From the sequence record SRR22947725_4814: a stretch of 43,301 bases of DNA; one strand, written 5' to 3'. Under the pieces are notes generated by a model. It was not told the origin of the DNA and ran no database searches. It saw only the letters and a list, made by a program, of their open reading frames with translations. The translations under genes and the position numbers were made by a program. Of this stretch, positions 21,035 through 29,257 are shown in pieces (the stretch's first letter is position 1; the number at the start of each line of letters is the position of its first letter).

Positions 21035-21061
21035 CGTTACCAACCCCGTATTAGTTGGTGC

Positions 21062-21102
21062 AAAAGAAATCCCCCCGGCCTCAGGCCGGGGGGATTCTCT
21101 TT
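21062..21102. terminator. Bidirectional intrinsic terminator
   Basis: Perfect stem AATCCCCCCGGCC-tca-GGCCGGGGGGATT (21068-21096), A-rich on the left and T-rich on the right, between convergent genes. Confidence 0.92.
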
Positions 21103-21120
21103 GTTCTTTAGAACTCGCTA

Positions 21121-22392
21121 CTAGCCACGAATGGTGGCAGGAACGTTGTTTCCGTCGAACTGCTGAATCAGGATGTTACCGTCAGTTGGGTCTCCGACCT
21201 CGTTGAAGGTAATTGCGCCGGAAGGACCGTCATAGTCTGCGGTTCCGCCGTCGTTGATGATGTCAGCACACTCGGCGAAGCTGCTGCACTTGGTGCCGTT
21301 GCCGGAACCACCAGAAACTTCCCGGAGCTTCTCAGCCATGTTGGCACCCTCGGTGCTGCGAGCCTCGAGAGCAGCAAGTGCTAGAAGCACAACTGCGTCG
21401 TAGGTCTCAGGACCGTATGCGTTCAGCTCAAGAGCTGCGTTTCCGCGAGCAACCCACGAGTCGTTCATCTTGGTGACGAAGTCAGCGATCTTGCTCTCGT
21501 TAACACCTGGGAAGGTACCCTTGGCGCCCTCTAGGGTTCCTGGAGCAAAGTCGTCCGCGTAGCTGGTGAGGTTACCGTCTACGAAGTAGAGGTTCTCGCC
21601 AGGGAACTGGCTGGTTAGCTCTGGAACGATCGTCTTTACCTCGTCGAAGGTGACCAGAACGATTGCGTCTGGGTCGCCTGCAAGAGCCTCGGAGATCTGG
21701 CTGGTGAAGTTAGTGTCACCGGTGTTGTAGGTAGGTGCAGCGATAACCTCTCCACCTGCAGCCTCGAAGGCCTCAGTTACGAAGCTAGCTAGACCGGTAC
21801 CGTAGGAGTCGTTCAGAACGATCATGGAGATCCTCTGGTGTCCGTCCTCGGCTACTAGGTTTCCAAGCACCTCACCCTGAAGAACGTCAGAAGGAGCGGT
21901 ACGGAAGTACAGACCCTTGTCCTCGTAGGTGGTGAATGCTGCGGAGGTGTTAGCTGGTGAGAAGTGAATTACACACTCAGCGGTTAGGCGGTCAATGAAC
22001 TGCAGTGACACACCGGATGATGCGGCACCTAATACAGCCTCAGCGCCAGCGTTAAGCAGACGTGGGATTTCGGTGTCGTAGGCCTTGTTGTCGGTATCAC
22101 CTGAGTCACCTGGGGTGTAGTCAATGGTGATTCCCTTACCAGCGGCGTTGATCTCGTCAACGGCTAGGTAAGCGCCAGCTTCCTCAGGTGGGCCGAGGAA
22201 TGCGAGGTTACCGGTCAGAGGTAGTGCAGAACCTAGCTTTAGGGTTAGGTCTCCACTCTGCTCTGCACCGAGCTCACAACCGCCAGCAGTGGTGGCAGGG
22301 GCGCAGCCAGTCAAAACCACAGCACCCAGCGCTAGTGCGCTAGCTGCGGACAGGGTCTTAACGAAGCGCGACCTGTTGTTCGATACGGTCAT
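21121..22392 (-). CDS. ABC substrate-binding lipoprotein, Leu/Ile/Val-binding family
   Basis: Lipobox VLTGC and motifs LPLTG, GAASSGVS, SPANTS, YFRTAPSD, NDSYGTG, YDAV. Start moved to ATG 22392 (AAGGAG ribosome-binding site). Confidence 0.92.
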   Translation of the reverse strand: MTVSNNRSRFVKTLSAASALALGAVVLTGCAPATTAGGCELGAEQSGDLTLKLGSALPLTGNLAFLGPPEEAGAYLAVDEINAAGKGITIDYTPGDSGDTDNKAYDTEIPRLLNAGAEAVLGAASSGVSLQFIDRLTAECVIHFSPANTSAAFTTYEDKGLYFRTAPSDVLQGEVLGNLVAEDGHQRISMIVLNDSYGTGLASFVTEAFEAAGGEVIAAPTYNTGDTNFTSQISEALAGDPDAIVLVTFDEVKTIVPELTSQFPGENLYFVDGNLTSYADDFAPGTLEGAKGTFPGVNESKIADFVTKMNDSWVARGNAALELNAYGPETYDAVVLLALAALEARSTEGANMAEKLREVSGGSGNGTKCSSFAECADIINDGGTADYDGPSGAITFNEVGDPTDGNILIQQFDGNNVPATIRG

Positions 22393-22645
22393 TCTTGCTC
22401 CTTGCAATTGCAATTTGTAATGCGAATGCGGGCTCGATTGCCCGCATTGCTAGGTAAAGCATAGTGAAAGCCGCGTGTAATCCCTAGGAAACACAGGAGC
22501 CTGAAAGCGTTAACGGCTAGCAACCTTCTAGAACTACTCGAAACTATGTAGAAAATCTACGAATTCCGCTGAAAAATACTGCAAAAGATGCGAAATCAGT
22601 TGAAATCTTGACTCTTGCCATTTGAATAACAATTAGATTTCATCC

Positions 22646-23557
22646 TCAGCCCTGCACGGCAATCGGTAGGTCGGGCTTCCTTCGCCTAAGGGCGTCTGTC
22701 GTAAGAACGACAAGTGAGACCCAGACCAGCGCGAAACCAATCCACCTGACCGGAGGCATCGGCTCCTCCAGAATGAAATAGCCAACGCTGAACTGCAGAA
22801 TCGGCGTCAGGTATTGAATAAAGCCAATCGTCGATAGCTTCACGCGCGACGCAGCAGCGCCAAACAGGATTAGCGGGATTGCCGTGAGAATTCCAAATGA
22901 GATGAGGATCGAAGCCTCAACAACCCCGGAGAAAATCATGATCGGCGTGAACATCGAGACGATCCAGAGCTGAACAAGCACAAAAGGTAGGACTATGCCG
23001 GATTCAATGGTGAAGCTCTGGAGCGCCTTGATCTTGCCTCCAACCCGGTTCTTCGCTAACGAGTAAGTCGCGAAGCTAATTGCCAGAACAAGCGCAATCC
23101 ATGGGGGTCTGCCGTAGTCGAAAGTGAGGATTACAACCGCAATCAGGCCAATACCAAGGGCAACCCACTGACCCTTCCGCAGCTTTTCTTTTAGAAAGAC
23201 AACCGCAAACAACACGGTAATCAGCGGATTGATGAAGTAGCCGAGAGAGGTCTCGAGCACATTGCTGGTTGCAACGGCAACTACATAGACCGACCAGTTC
23301 ACAAAAATAAAGAGTGAGGCAACCGCAACCCAGCCGAGCTTCTTGGGCGATCTAACCAACTCCACAGTCTGCGCCCAGGTTCTCGTTAGGGTCACCAGCA
23401 GCGCGGCGAAGAGGAAGCCAAAGACCACCCGCCAGACAACCACCTCAAAAGGATTGGCGAAGCTGGCTGCGGTAATGATGAGGGGAAATGAACCCCAAAT
23501 GAGGTAGGCGGAGACTCCGAATGTGAGGCCTGTTGCCCCCTCGGATTGCTTCTTCAC
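22646..23557 (-). CDS. rarD: RarD-family EamA/DMT transporter
   Basis: Motifs AYLIWG, VNWSVY, SLGYFINPL, LSTIGFIQYLTP; about 10 hydrophobic segments. Confidence 0.92.
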   Translation of the reverse strand: MKKQSEGATGLTFGVSAYLIWGSFPLIITAASFANPFEVVVWRVVFGFLFAALLVTLTRTWAQTVELVRSPKKLGWVAVASLFIFVNWSVYVVAVATSNVLETSLGYFINPLITVLFAVVFLKEKLRKGQWVALGIGLIAVVILTFDYGRPPWIALVLAISFATYSLAKNRVGGKIKALQSFTIESGIVLPFVLVQLWIVSMFTPIMIFSGVVEASILISFGILTAIPLILFGAAASRVKLSTIGFIQYLTPILQFSVGYFILEEPMPPVRWIGFALVWVSLVVLTTDALRRRKPDLPIAVQG

Positions 23558-23574
23558 GCGCTAATCCTAGGGGC

Positions 23575-23612
23575 AAAAAGAAAGACGGCCCCTCCAGTGG
23601 AAGGGCCGTCTT
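23575..23612 (-). terminator. Intrinsic terminator after groES
   Basis: Minus strand AAGACGGCCC-ttccactggag-GGGCCGTCTT followed by TCTTTTT. Confidence 0.88.
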
Positions 23613-23623
23613 GCTTGAGTTAT

Positions 23624-23920
23624 TTAGCGCTCGATGATTGCCAGCACGTCACGGGCAGAGAGCACTAGGTACTCCTCGCCGTTGTACTTGAGCTCGGTGC
23701 CGCCGTACTTGGAAAAGACGACCATGTCGCCAACCTTGACATCCACTGGGATGCGGTCACCCTCGTCGCTGAAACGACCTGGTCCGACAGCAACAACCTC
23801 AGCCTCCTGAGGCTTTTCCTTGGCGGTGTCTGGGATAACCAGACCCGAGGCGGTTACCTGCTCCGCCTCAAGTGGACGAACGACAATACGATCTTCGAGT
23901 GGCTTGATAGAAACCGACAC
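23624..23920 (-). CDS. groES: Co-chaperonin GroES
   Basis: Motifs [34 protein letters not shown]. Confidence 0.99.
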   Translation of the reverse strand: MSVSIKPLEDRIVVRPLEAEQVTASGLVIPDTAKEKPQEAEVVAVGPGRFSDEGDRIPVDVKVGDMVVFSKYGGTELKYNGEEYLVLSARDVLAIIER

Positions 23921-23950
23921 TTTGACCTCTTCTTTACTAAAGATTTTGGA

Positions 23951-23977
23951 TTAGCAGACTCGGTATCCGAGTGCTAA
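23951..23977. promoter_or_regulatory. CIRCE (HrcA operator) 1
   Basis: TTAGCAGAC-N9-GAGTGCTAA against the consensus TTAGCACTC-N9-GAGTGCTAA. Confidence 0.9.
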
Positions 23978-23982
23978 CTAAA

Positions 23983-24011
23983 ACTTTAGGCCCTTATTAG
24001 CACTCAGTCAA
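23983..24011 (-). promoter_or_regulatory. groES sigma-A promoter
   Basis: TTGACT (24006-24011)-N17-TAAAGT (23983-23988). The -35 lies inside the spacer of CIRCE 2. Confidence 0.8.
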
Positions 24012-24023
24012 GGTGAGTGCTAG
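23997..24023. promoter_or_regulatory. CIRCE (HrcA operator) 2
   Basis: TTAGCACTC-agtcaaggt-GAGTGCTAG. Confidence 0.92.
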
Positions 24024-24048
24024 GTGTGTAGCGACTATGTTTTATCAA

Positions 24049-25209
24049 GTGAGCGCCACAGCCGTATTTCCCTCTGATGACGCGCTTGCCCTTCTCGAAC
24101 AGACCTACTCTCCTGAGGTTGACCCAGACGCGCTAAACGCGAAGCTGAGAAAAGCTGGGCATGACCCTCGGGTAATCGTCGAGGTGGTCAACCAGGTTGC
24201 TCTGCGCCAGAAGGCCAGGCAAAAGCTTGGACCCCTAGCCGACTCACTGCTACTAACCAGGCAGGGGCTGGAGCAGTCTTCGAGGTTTGATGTTGCGAAA
24301 TACCACGCTAGAAAACTGAGCTCGCTCGGTTCTGTGACTGACCTTGGCTGCGGGCTTGGAGTTGATTCCATTGCATTTGCACAGGCGGGAAGCGCGGTGG
24401 TGGCCGTCGAAAAAGACGAGGTGACCGCCGAGTTTGCAAGCAGCAACCTCGCGCGCTTTCCCACCGCCGAAGTCCACAGATCAGCGGCCGAGGACTTCGA
24501 TGTGAGTACAGAGGGAGTCTTTTTGGACCCCGCGAGGCGAGACCTGGCTTCATCAGGTCGCAGTCGGAAGCTTTTGAGCCCAGACGACTTTTCGCCTTCT
24601 ATTGGCTTCGCGTTGGAGCAGTTAGCGAAGGTTCCTGGCGGAGTGAAGCTCTCTCCTGCGCTTCCTCACGAGTTGATCTCCGACAAATTTGAGGCAACCT
24701 GGGTTTCTCATCGCGGCGACCTCGTGGAGTTTTCGCAGTGGAGCACTGATCCTGGGCGGCTTGGAAAGCGCTTTGCGGTCATGGTTGATGGTGAGAGTGA
24801 GCTGGAGTTCACAGGGGATGAGTATGAGGCCGAGGTTAGCTCCCTTGACGAGTTTGTCTATGAGCCCGATCCAGCCTTGATTCGCTCACACCTCATTGGC
24901 GCATTCGCAGACGAACAGGGGCTTGGTTTGTTGTCCGCAGGAATTGCCTACCTCACAGGTGGCGAGAGAAAAAGCCCGTGGCTCAGAGGCTACAAACTTT
25001 TGGCCGTCCTGCCCCTCGATGAAAAGGCAATCTCGCGCTACCTTTCCGAGCGCAGCATCGGCAGTCTCGAGATCAAGAAGCGAGGAGTGGATATCGACCC
25101 GCAGCTGATGCGCAAGCGGCTAAAGCTTAAAGGTTCGGGCGCCGCCACTCTGATAGCAACCAAAGTGGGCGGCGCCCGTAAGGCACTTGTCTGCGAACCA
25201 ATCCGCTAG
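24049..25209 (+). CDS. Class I SAM-dependent methyltransferase with THUMP-like C-terminus
   Basis: Motifs GLEQSS, DLGCGLGVD, FLDPARR, YEPDPALIR, LEIKKRG. Start moved to GTG 24049, 7 nt after TATGTT (probably leaderless); the 24013 start falls inside CIRCE 2. Confidence 0.85.
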   Translation: MSATAVFPSDDALALLEQTYSPEVDPDALNAKLRKAGHDPRVIVEVVNQVALRQKARQKLGPLADSLLLTRQGLEQSSRFDVAKYHARKLSSLGSVTDLGCGLGVDSIAFAQAGSAVVAVEKDEVTAEFASSNLARFPTAEVHRSAAEDFDVSTEGVFLDPARRDLASSGRSRKLLSPDDFSPSIGFALEQLAKVPGGVKLSPALPHELISDKFEATWVSHRGDLVEFSQWSTDPGRLGKRFAVMVDGESELEFTGDEYEAEVSSLDEFVYEPDPALIRSHLIGAFADEQGLGLLSAGIAYLTGGERKSPWLRGYKLLAVLPLDEKAISRYLSERSIGSLEIKKRGVDIDPQLMRKRLKLKGSGAATLIATKVGGARKALVCEPIR

Positions 25210-25339
25210 GTGGCTCCCCCAACGAATTGGAAAACATTTTTGTTACAACTCAGACCATCCGGCTGGAGTCCAGAGGACCTGAGGCGACACGTGCTGAAAA
25301 GACAAACACCCTTACTTGCGAAAATCTTCCAACTGGTTG

Positions 25340-26821
25340 CTAGGTGGTCTGAACTGTTGTCACTGGGAGCGTGGACTCAGCTCCAAAATCTAGGCCGCTG
25401 GGTTCTCTTCCGTCCATAATCAGCTGCGAACCTAAGGCTGCAATCATCGCCCCATTGTCGGTGCAGAGTGAGAACCTGGGGATCCTAAGCTCAATTCCGG
25501 CTTCTTGACAGCGTCGCTCAGCCTCCTGGCGCAGCCTTGCATTGGCAACCACGCCACCGCCAAGCAAGAGCCTCTTTACGCCGAACTCCTCGCAGGCCCA
25601 GAGCGACTTTGTTAGAAGGACATCAATTACTGCCTCGCGGAAGCTTGCCGCAACATCCGGTTTTGAATACTCCTGACCCGCATCTTCAAACTTCTCCACA
25701 TGCCTGGCCACAGCCGTCTTGAGCCCTGAGAAGGAGAAGTTGTACTTGTGCTTTTCTAAGTCCTTGGGAAGTGTCAGGCCCCTGGGGAACCTAATGGCCT
25801 TCGGGTCGCCCTGTGCCGCAATCTTGTCTATTTGAGGGCCTCCAGGGTAGGGAAGGCCCAGCACCCGAGCTACTTTGTCAAAGGCCTCACCGGCCGCATC
25901 ATCAATAGTCTCTCCGAGCAGCTGGGTGTCGTTCAGTAGGTCACGAACCAGCAGGAGTGAGGTGTGGCCACCGGATACCAAGAGGGCAATCGTGGGCACC
26001 TCAACCGCACCACGCTCAAGTACATCCGCTCCGACGTGTCCGACGAGGTGATTCACCGCATAGATGGGTTTGTCTAGTGCGACCGCAAGCCCTTTGGCAG
26101 CACCAATGCCAACCATTAGCGCTCCGGAGAGCCCGGGACCATTCGCAACCGCCACAGCATCGATGTCTTCGTAGCCAATACCCGCTTCAGCGAGCGCTGC
26201 GTCCAGTGTCGGTGAGATTGCCTCGAGGTGGGCCCTAGCTGCCACCTCGGGAACCACTCCCCCATACTTTGCGTGCTCGTCCATTGAGGAGTGAAGCGCA
26301 TTTGCTAGCAGCCTGTTGCCTCGAACTATCCCTACTCCCGTCTCATCACAGGTTGACTCAATGCCCAAGACAACAGGTTGGCTTATTGGCATGCGCATCA
26401 CGAGCGCGTCTTCCCCGGAGGGCTGGTAGTAGCGCTTGCGGACATCAATCTGTTCAAAGCCAAGGCTCAAATAAAGCCCTATCGCAAACTCGTTTCCAGC
26501 CTTGACCTCCAGAAAAACCTCCTCACTTCCCTGCCTCTTTGAGAAAGCAAGTAGCTCGTTCATGAGGGTTCGCCCGATGGATTTCCCCTGGCTCTCTGGT
26601 TCAACCCCAATTGTCTGAACATCACTTGAGTAGCTGGGCCCACTAACCTTCAGCCCGGCATAGCCGAGCAGTGAACCGTCAAATGCCCCGACGTAGTGGG
26701 TTTGAGGTGAAGTGATTTCTGCGGCCATGGTCTGCTCGAGCCAAGCCTCATTCTGAAATAGCCTGCGCTCTAGGTCCATGACCTGGGCCAGATCATCAAT
26801 AGCAAGCGTCCTAAGTTGCAT
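25340..26821 (-). CDS. tsaD: Fused RimI-like N-acetyltransferase / t6A synthase TsaD
   Basis: About aa 1-144 is GNAT (QGKSIG, FLEV, LYLSLGF, RKRYYQ..EDALVM). From about aa 148: [53 protein letters not shown]. No stop between the two domains. Confidence 0.93.
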   Translation of the reverse strand: MQLRTLAIDDLAQVMDLERRLFQNEAWLEQTMAAEITSPQTHYVGAFDGSLLGYAGLKVSGPSYSSDVQTIGVEPESQGKSIGRTLMNELLAFSKRQGSEEVFLEVKAGNEFAIGLYLSLGFEQIDVRKRYYQPSGEDALVMRMPISQPVVLGIESTCDETGVGIVRGNRLLANALHSSMDEHAKYGGVVPEVAARAHLEAISPTLDAALAEAGIGYEDIDAVAVANGPGLSGALMVGIGAAKGLAVALDKPIYAVNHLVGHVGADVLERGAVEVPTIALLVSGGHTSLLLVRDLLNDTQLLGETIDDAAGEAFDKVARVLGLPYPGGPQIDKIAAQGDPKAIRFPRGLTLPKDLEKHKYNFSFSGLKTAVARHVEKFEDAGQEYSKPDVAASFREAVIDVLLTKSLWACEEFGVKRLLLGGGVVANARLRQEAERRCQEAGIELRIPRFSLCTDNGAMIAALGSQLIMDGREPSGLDFGAESTLPVTTVQTT

Positions 26822-27405
26822 CAGCCGCTCACCCTTTTTCCCGGCGATGGCGTGACATCCGGCGAGCGCAGGTAGATGGCACCGGTTTCACTCAGATCGA
26901 TACCTTTTTCGAGCGCCCAGAGGGCATAGCGCCCGACTTTCTCCGCATCCGCAGGCTCGGAGACATGTTCATAGTCCCCAAACTCAGCGGTGGTTGATGG
27001 GTCAATAACTCTCGGGCCAAACTCTCTCTTGCCAAAAACGTAACCGGCTGCGAAAAGCTCCCCACGCTTGGCGTCAGTTGTCACGAGCAAGCGCTCCTCT
27101 GTTCTAGAGAAAGCAATCGCATCCAGCACCATGACGCCGTGCAGGCCCACGCCAAGCGGTCCCGCAAGGGCCTTAGCCGCTGCAATGCCAACCCTCAGGC
27201 CGGTGTAGGGGGCAGGACCGATGCCAACGGCGATGTTTTCAAGTGCGTTTGCCGCCAAGTTCGCCTGGGAGAGGACACCAGTAACTGCCTTGGCGATGTT
27301 CTCGGCGTGACCAAATGGGTCTTCAAAGAAGACCGAGGACAAAAGCCTTTGGCCGTCGAAGAGAGCTGCGGAGGTGCCGGCAGAGGTGTCAATTGAGAGA
27401 AGCAA
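26821..27405 (-). CDS. tsaB: tRNA threonylcarbamoyladenosine biosynthesis protein TsaB
   Basis: Motifs [35 protein letters not shown]. Confidence 0.92.
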   Translation of the reverse strand: MLLSIDTSAGTSAALFDGQRLLSSVFFEDPFGHAENIAKAVTGVLSQANLAANALENIAVGIGPAPYTGLRVGIAAAKALAGPLGVGLHGVMVLDAIAFSRTEERLLVTTDAKRGELFAAGYVFGKREFGPRVIDPSTTAEFGDYEHVSEPADAEKVGRYALWALEKGIDLSETGAIYLRSPDVTPSPGKRVSG

Positions 27406-27841
27406 GGTCTACCCCCTCCCACCTCTGGCCCACTGCGGACAGGATCACCTCTCGAACCTCGTCATCAGAGGTTCGATCTATTTCTACGCTTAGGTAGTTC
27501 TCCGCATAGCCATCAAGGAAGTCTCTAGCCCACTCAACTACAACTATTGAGCCGGCGAAGTCAATGTCCAGGTCATCAAGCTCGACCGCACTTGAGAGCC
27601 GATAGGCATCTACATGAACCAGCTTGCCTCCCCCAGCAATTCTGTGCTCGCGAGCGAGAACGAAGGTGGGCGACTGGATTGTGCCTTCCGCGCCAAGGGC
27701 TTCTCCGAGCCCGCGGGTGAGGGTTGTCTTCCCTGCTCCAAGATCACCAGAGAGCAGGACCAGGTCACCAAGCTGCATTAGATCAGCCAGCTTGCTTCCC
27801 AGCTCCTCCATGGCCTCGGAGGTAGTTATTGTTAGCTGCAT
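27389..27841 (-). CDS. tsaE: t6A biosynthesis ATPase TsaE
   Basis: Motifs GDLGAGKTT, SPTFVL, HVDAYRL, VEW. Confidence 0.96.
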   Translation of the reverse strand: MQLTITTSEAMEELGSKLADLMQLGDLVLLSGDLGAGKTTLTRGLGEALGAEGTIQSPTFVLAREHRIAGGGKLVHVDAYRLSSAVELDDLDIDFAGSIVVVEWARDFLDGYAENYLSVEIDRTSDDEVREVILSAVGQRWEGVDLASLN

Positions 27842-28902
27842 TAGCGGCCTAGGTAACTTCGGTTTGCTCTGCCGCCAATGCGAGTGACGATCTCGTAGTT
27901 GATTGTCCCGGCAGACTCTCCAAGTGCTTCCGCACTTGGTTCGCCCTCCTGGGGATTGCCAAAGATGACCACCTCGGTACCTATAGCTGGCTCTGAACTG
28001 CCGAGGTCAACAACGAACTGGTCCATCGCAACTCGGCCAACCACCGGGTAGAGCTTGCCCGCGATTAGAACTTCGTGGTTCACAGATACCCGGGGCATGC
28101 CCTCGGCGTAACCGAAGGGAACTAGACCTAGATTCGTTTCTCGCTCGGTCACGTAGCGGTAACCGTAGGAGACGCCCTGACCTGCGGGCACCTTCTTGAC
28201 GTTTACCAGTTGGCTCAGAGCCCGCATTGCAGGCTGCAGCTCAATTCCAGCAAGCTCTCGGTCCTCGAAGGGGTTTAGCCCGTAAACCGCGATGCCACAC
28301 CTGACCATGTCATAGCGAAGGTCCTCATAGGAAAGTGCTCCTGCGGAGGCAGCGAGGTGCCGCTCTCTAAAGTCAATGCCTTTGCTGGATGCCATTGAGA
28401 TGGCATCTTCAAAGATCCTTTTCTGCTTCAAGTCGTCTGAGACGGAAGTATTTGAAAGGTGCGAGAAGATCCCAACGGGATTGGTTCCCTGAAGGCGGGT
28501 AAAGAGCTGGTCGAACTCGAGCCGGGAAAAACCATTTCGCCCAAGGCCCGTATCGATCTTGATGTGAAACTGGGCGGCTGCAGGAAGCCGGTCGAGCTGA
28601 TCAAAGGTCGATACCCCAAGCTCAATATTGTTTGCAACAGCTGCTTGTAAATCGTCCTCAGGACCAATAATCCAAGCCATGACTCGGGCTTTGATGCCTG
28701 CATCTCGAAGTGCCATCGCCTCGGAAAGGTCTGCAACACCAAGAGCATCAACGTTTCCGTCCAGCGCCCTAGCTACCTCGATCATGCCGTGGCCATAGGC
28801 GTTTGCCTTGACCACTGCCATCACCTTGGCAGGGGCAAAGGCCGCCCTAAGCGCGGCATAGTTTGACCTGATGGCGTTTAGGTCGACCTCGATTTGGCGC
28901 AT
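27841..28902 (-). CDS. alr: Alanine racemase
   Basis: Motifs AVVKANAYGHG (PLP Lys), HIKIDTGLGRNG, VSYG, GYAEG, GRVAMDQ, GTINYE. Confidence 0.97.
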   Translation of the reverse strand: MRQIEVDLNAIRSNYAALRAAFAPAKVMAVVKANAYGHGMIEVARALDGNVDALGVADLSEAMALRDAGIKARVMAWIIGPEDDLQAAVANNIELGVSTFDQLDRLPAAAQFHIKIDTGLGRNGFSRLEFDQLFTRLQGTNPVGIFSHLSNTSVSDDLKQKRIFEDAISMASSKGIDFRERHLAASAGALSYEDLRYDMVRCGIAVYGLNPFEDRELAGIELQPAMRALSQLVNVKKVPAGQGVSYGYRYVTERETNLGLVPFGYAEGMPRVSVNHEVLIAGKLYPVVGRVAMDQFVVDLGSSEPAIGTEVVIFGNPQEGEPSAEALGESAGTINYEIVTRIGGRANRSYLGR

Positions 28903-29256
28903 CTAAATACTCTCCACTACAACCGTTGCCACTGCAACCGGACCATCGTGACTCATCGAGAGGTGGAACCTGAGGTCACCCAGATCACGAATCTTTTCTG
29001 AGGTCTTGCCATGAAACTTCAGTGAGGGTTTTCCGAGGGCATCTTTCACAACCTCAATCTCGTTCCAAACCAGAATTGCGGGAGTGCCTAGAGCTTTGGC
29101 TAGAGCCTCTTTGGCAGCAAACCTGGCAGCAAGTGACTGTGGTGCTAGATCACGCTCGTTCTCATGGAAAAGGCGAGCGCCGAGGTTCTCGGTTCGGCTT
29201 AGCGACTGCTCCAGACGCTCGATTGAGCAGACATCAACGCCGGTGCCATAGATCAA
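28903..29256 (-). CDS. acpS: Holo-ACP synthase
   Basis: Motifs GTGVD, ARFAAKEA..KALG, GKP, SMSHD. TTG start. Confidence 0.95.
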   Translation of the reverse strand: MIYGTGVDVCSIERLEQSLSRTENLGARLFHENERDLAPQSLAARFAAKEALAKALGTPAILVWNEIEVVKDALGKPSLKFHGKTSEKIRDLGDLRFHLSMSHDGPVAVATVVVESI

Positions 29257-29257
29257 A

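Noticed and set aside
20852..21043. 63-aa minus-strand ORF (DTDGDTD)
   Set aside because: Antisense shadow of the + strand glycine-zipper ORF; it starts just past the terminator with no ribosome-binding site.
22544..22621. 25-codon minus-strand ORF (MARVKISTDF...) as a leader peptide
   Set aside because: No ribosome-binding site, no Leu/Ile/Val codon run or attenuator, and it lies upstream of the predicted promoter.
25210..25419. 69-aa + strand ORF, or an sRNA, in the gap between the methyltransferase and tsaD
   Set aside because: No ribosome-binding site, it overlaps tsaD antisense, and pairing is weak (CTGGA/TCCAG, CTCAG/CTGAG). The 130-bp gap stays unexplained, but nothing supportable was found.
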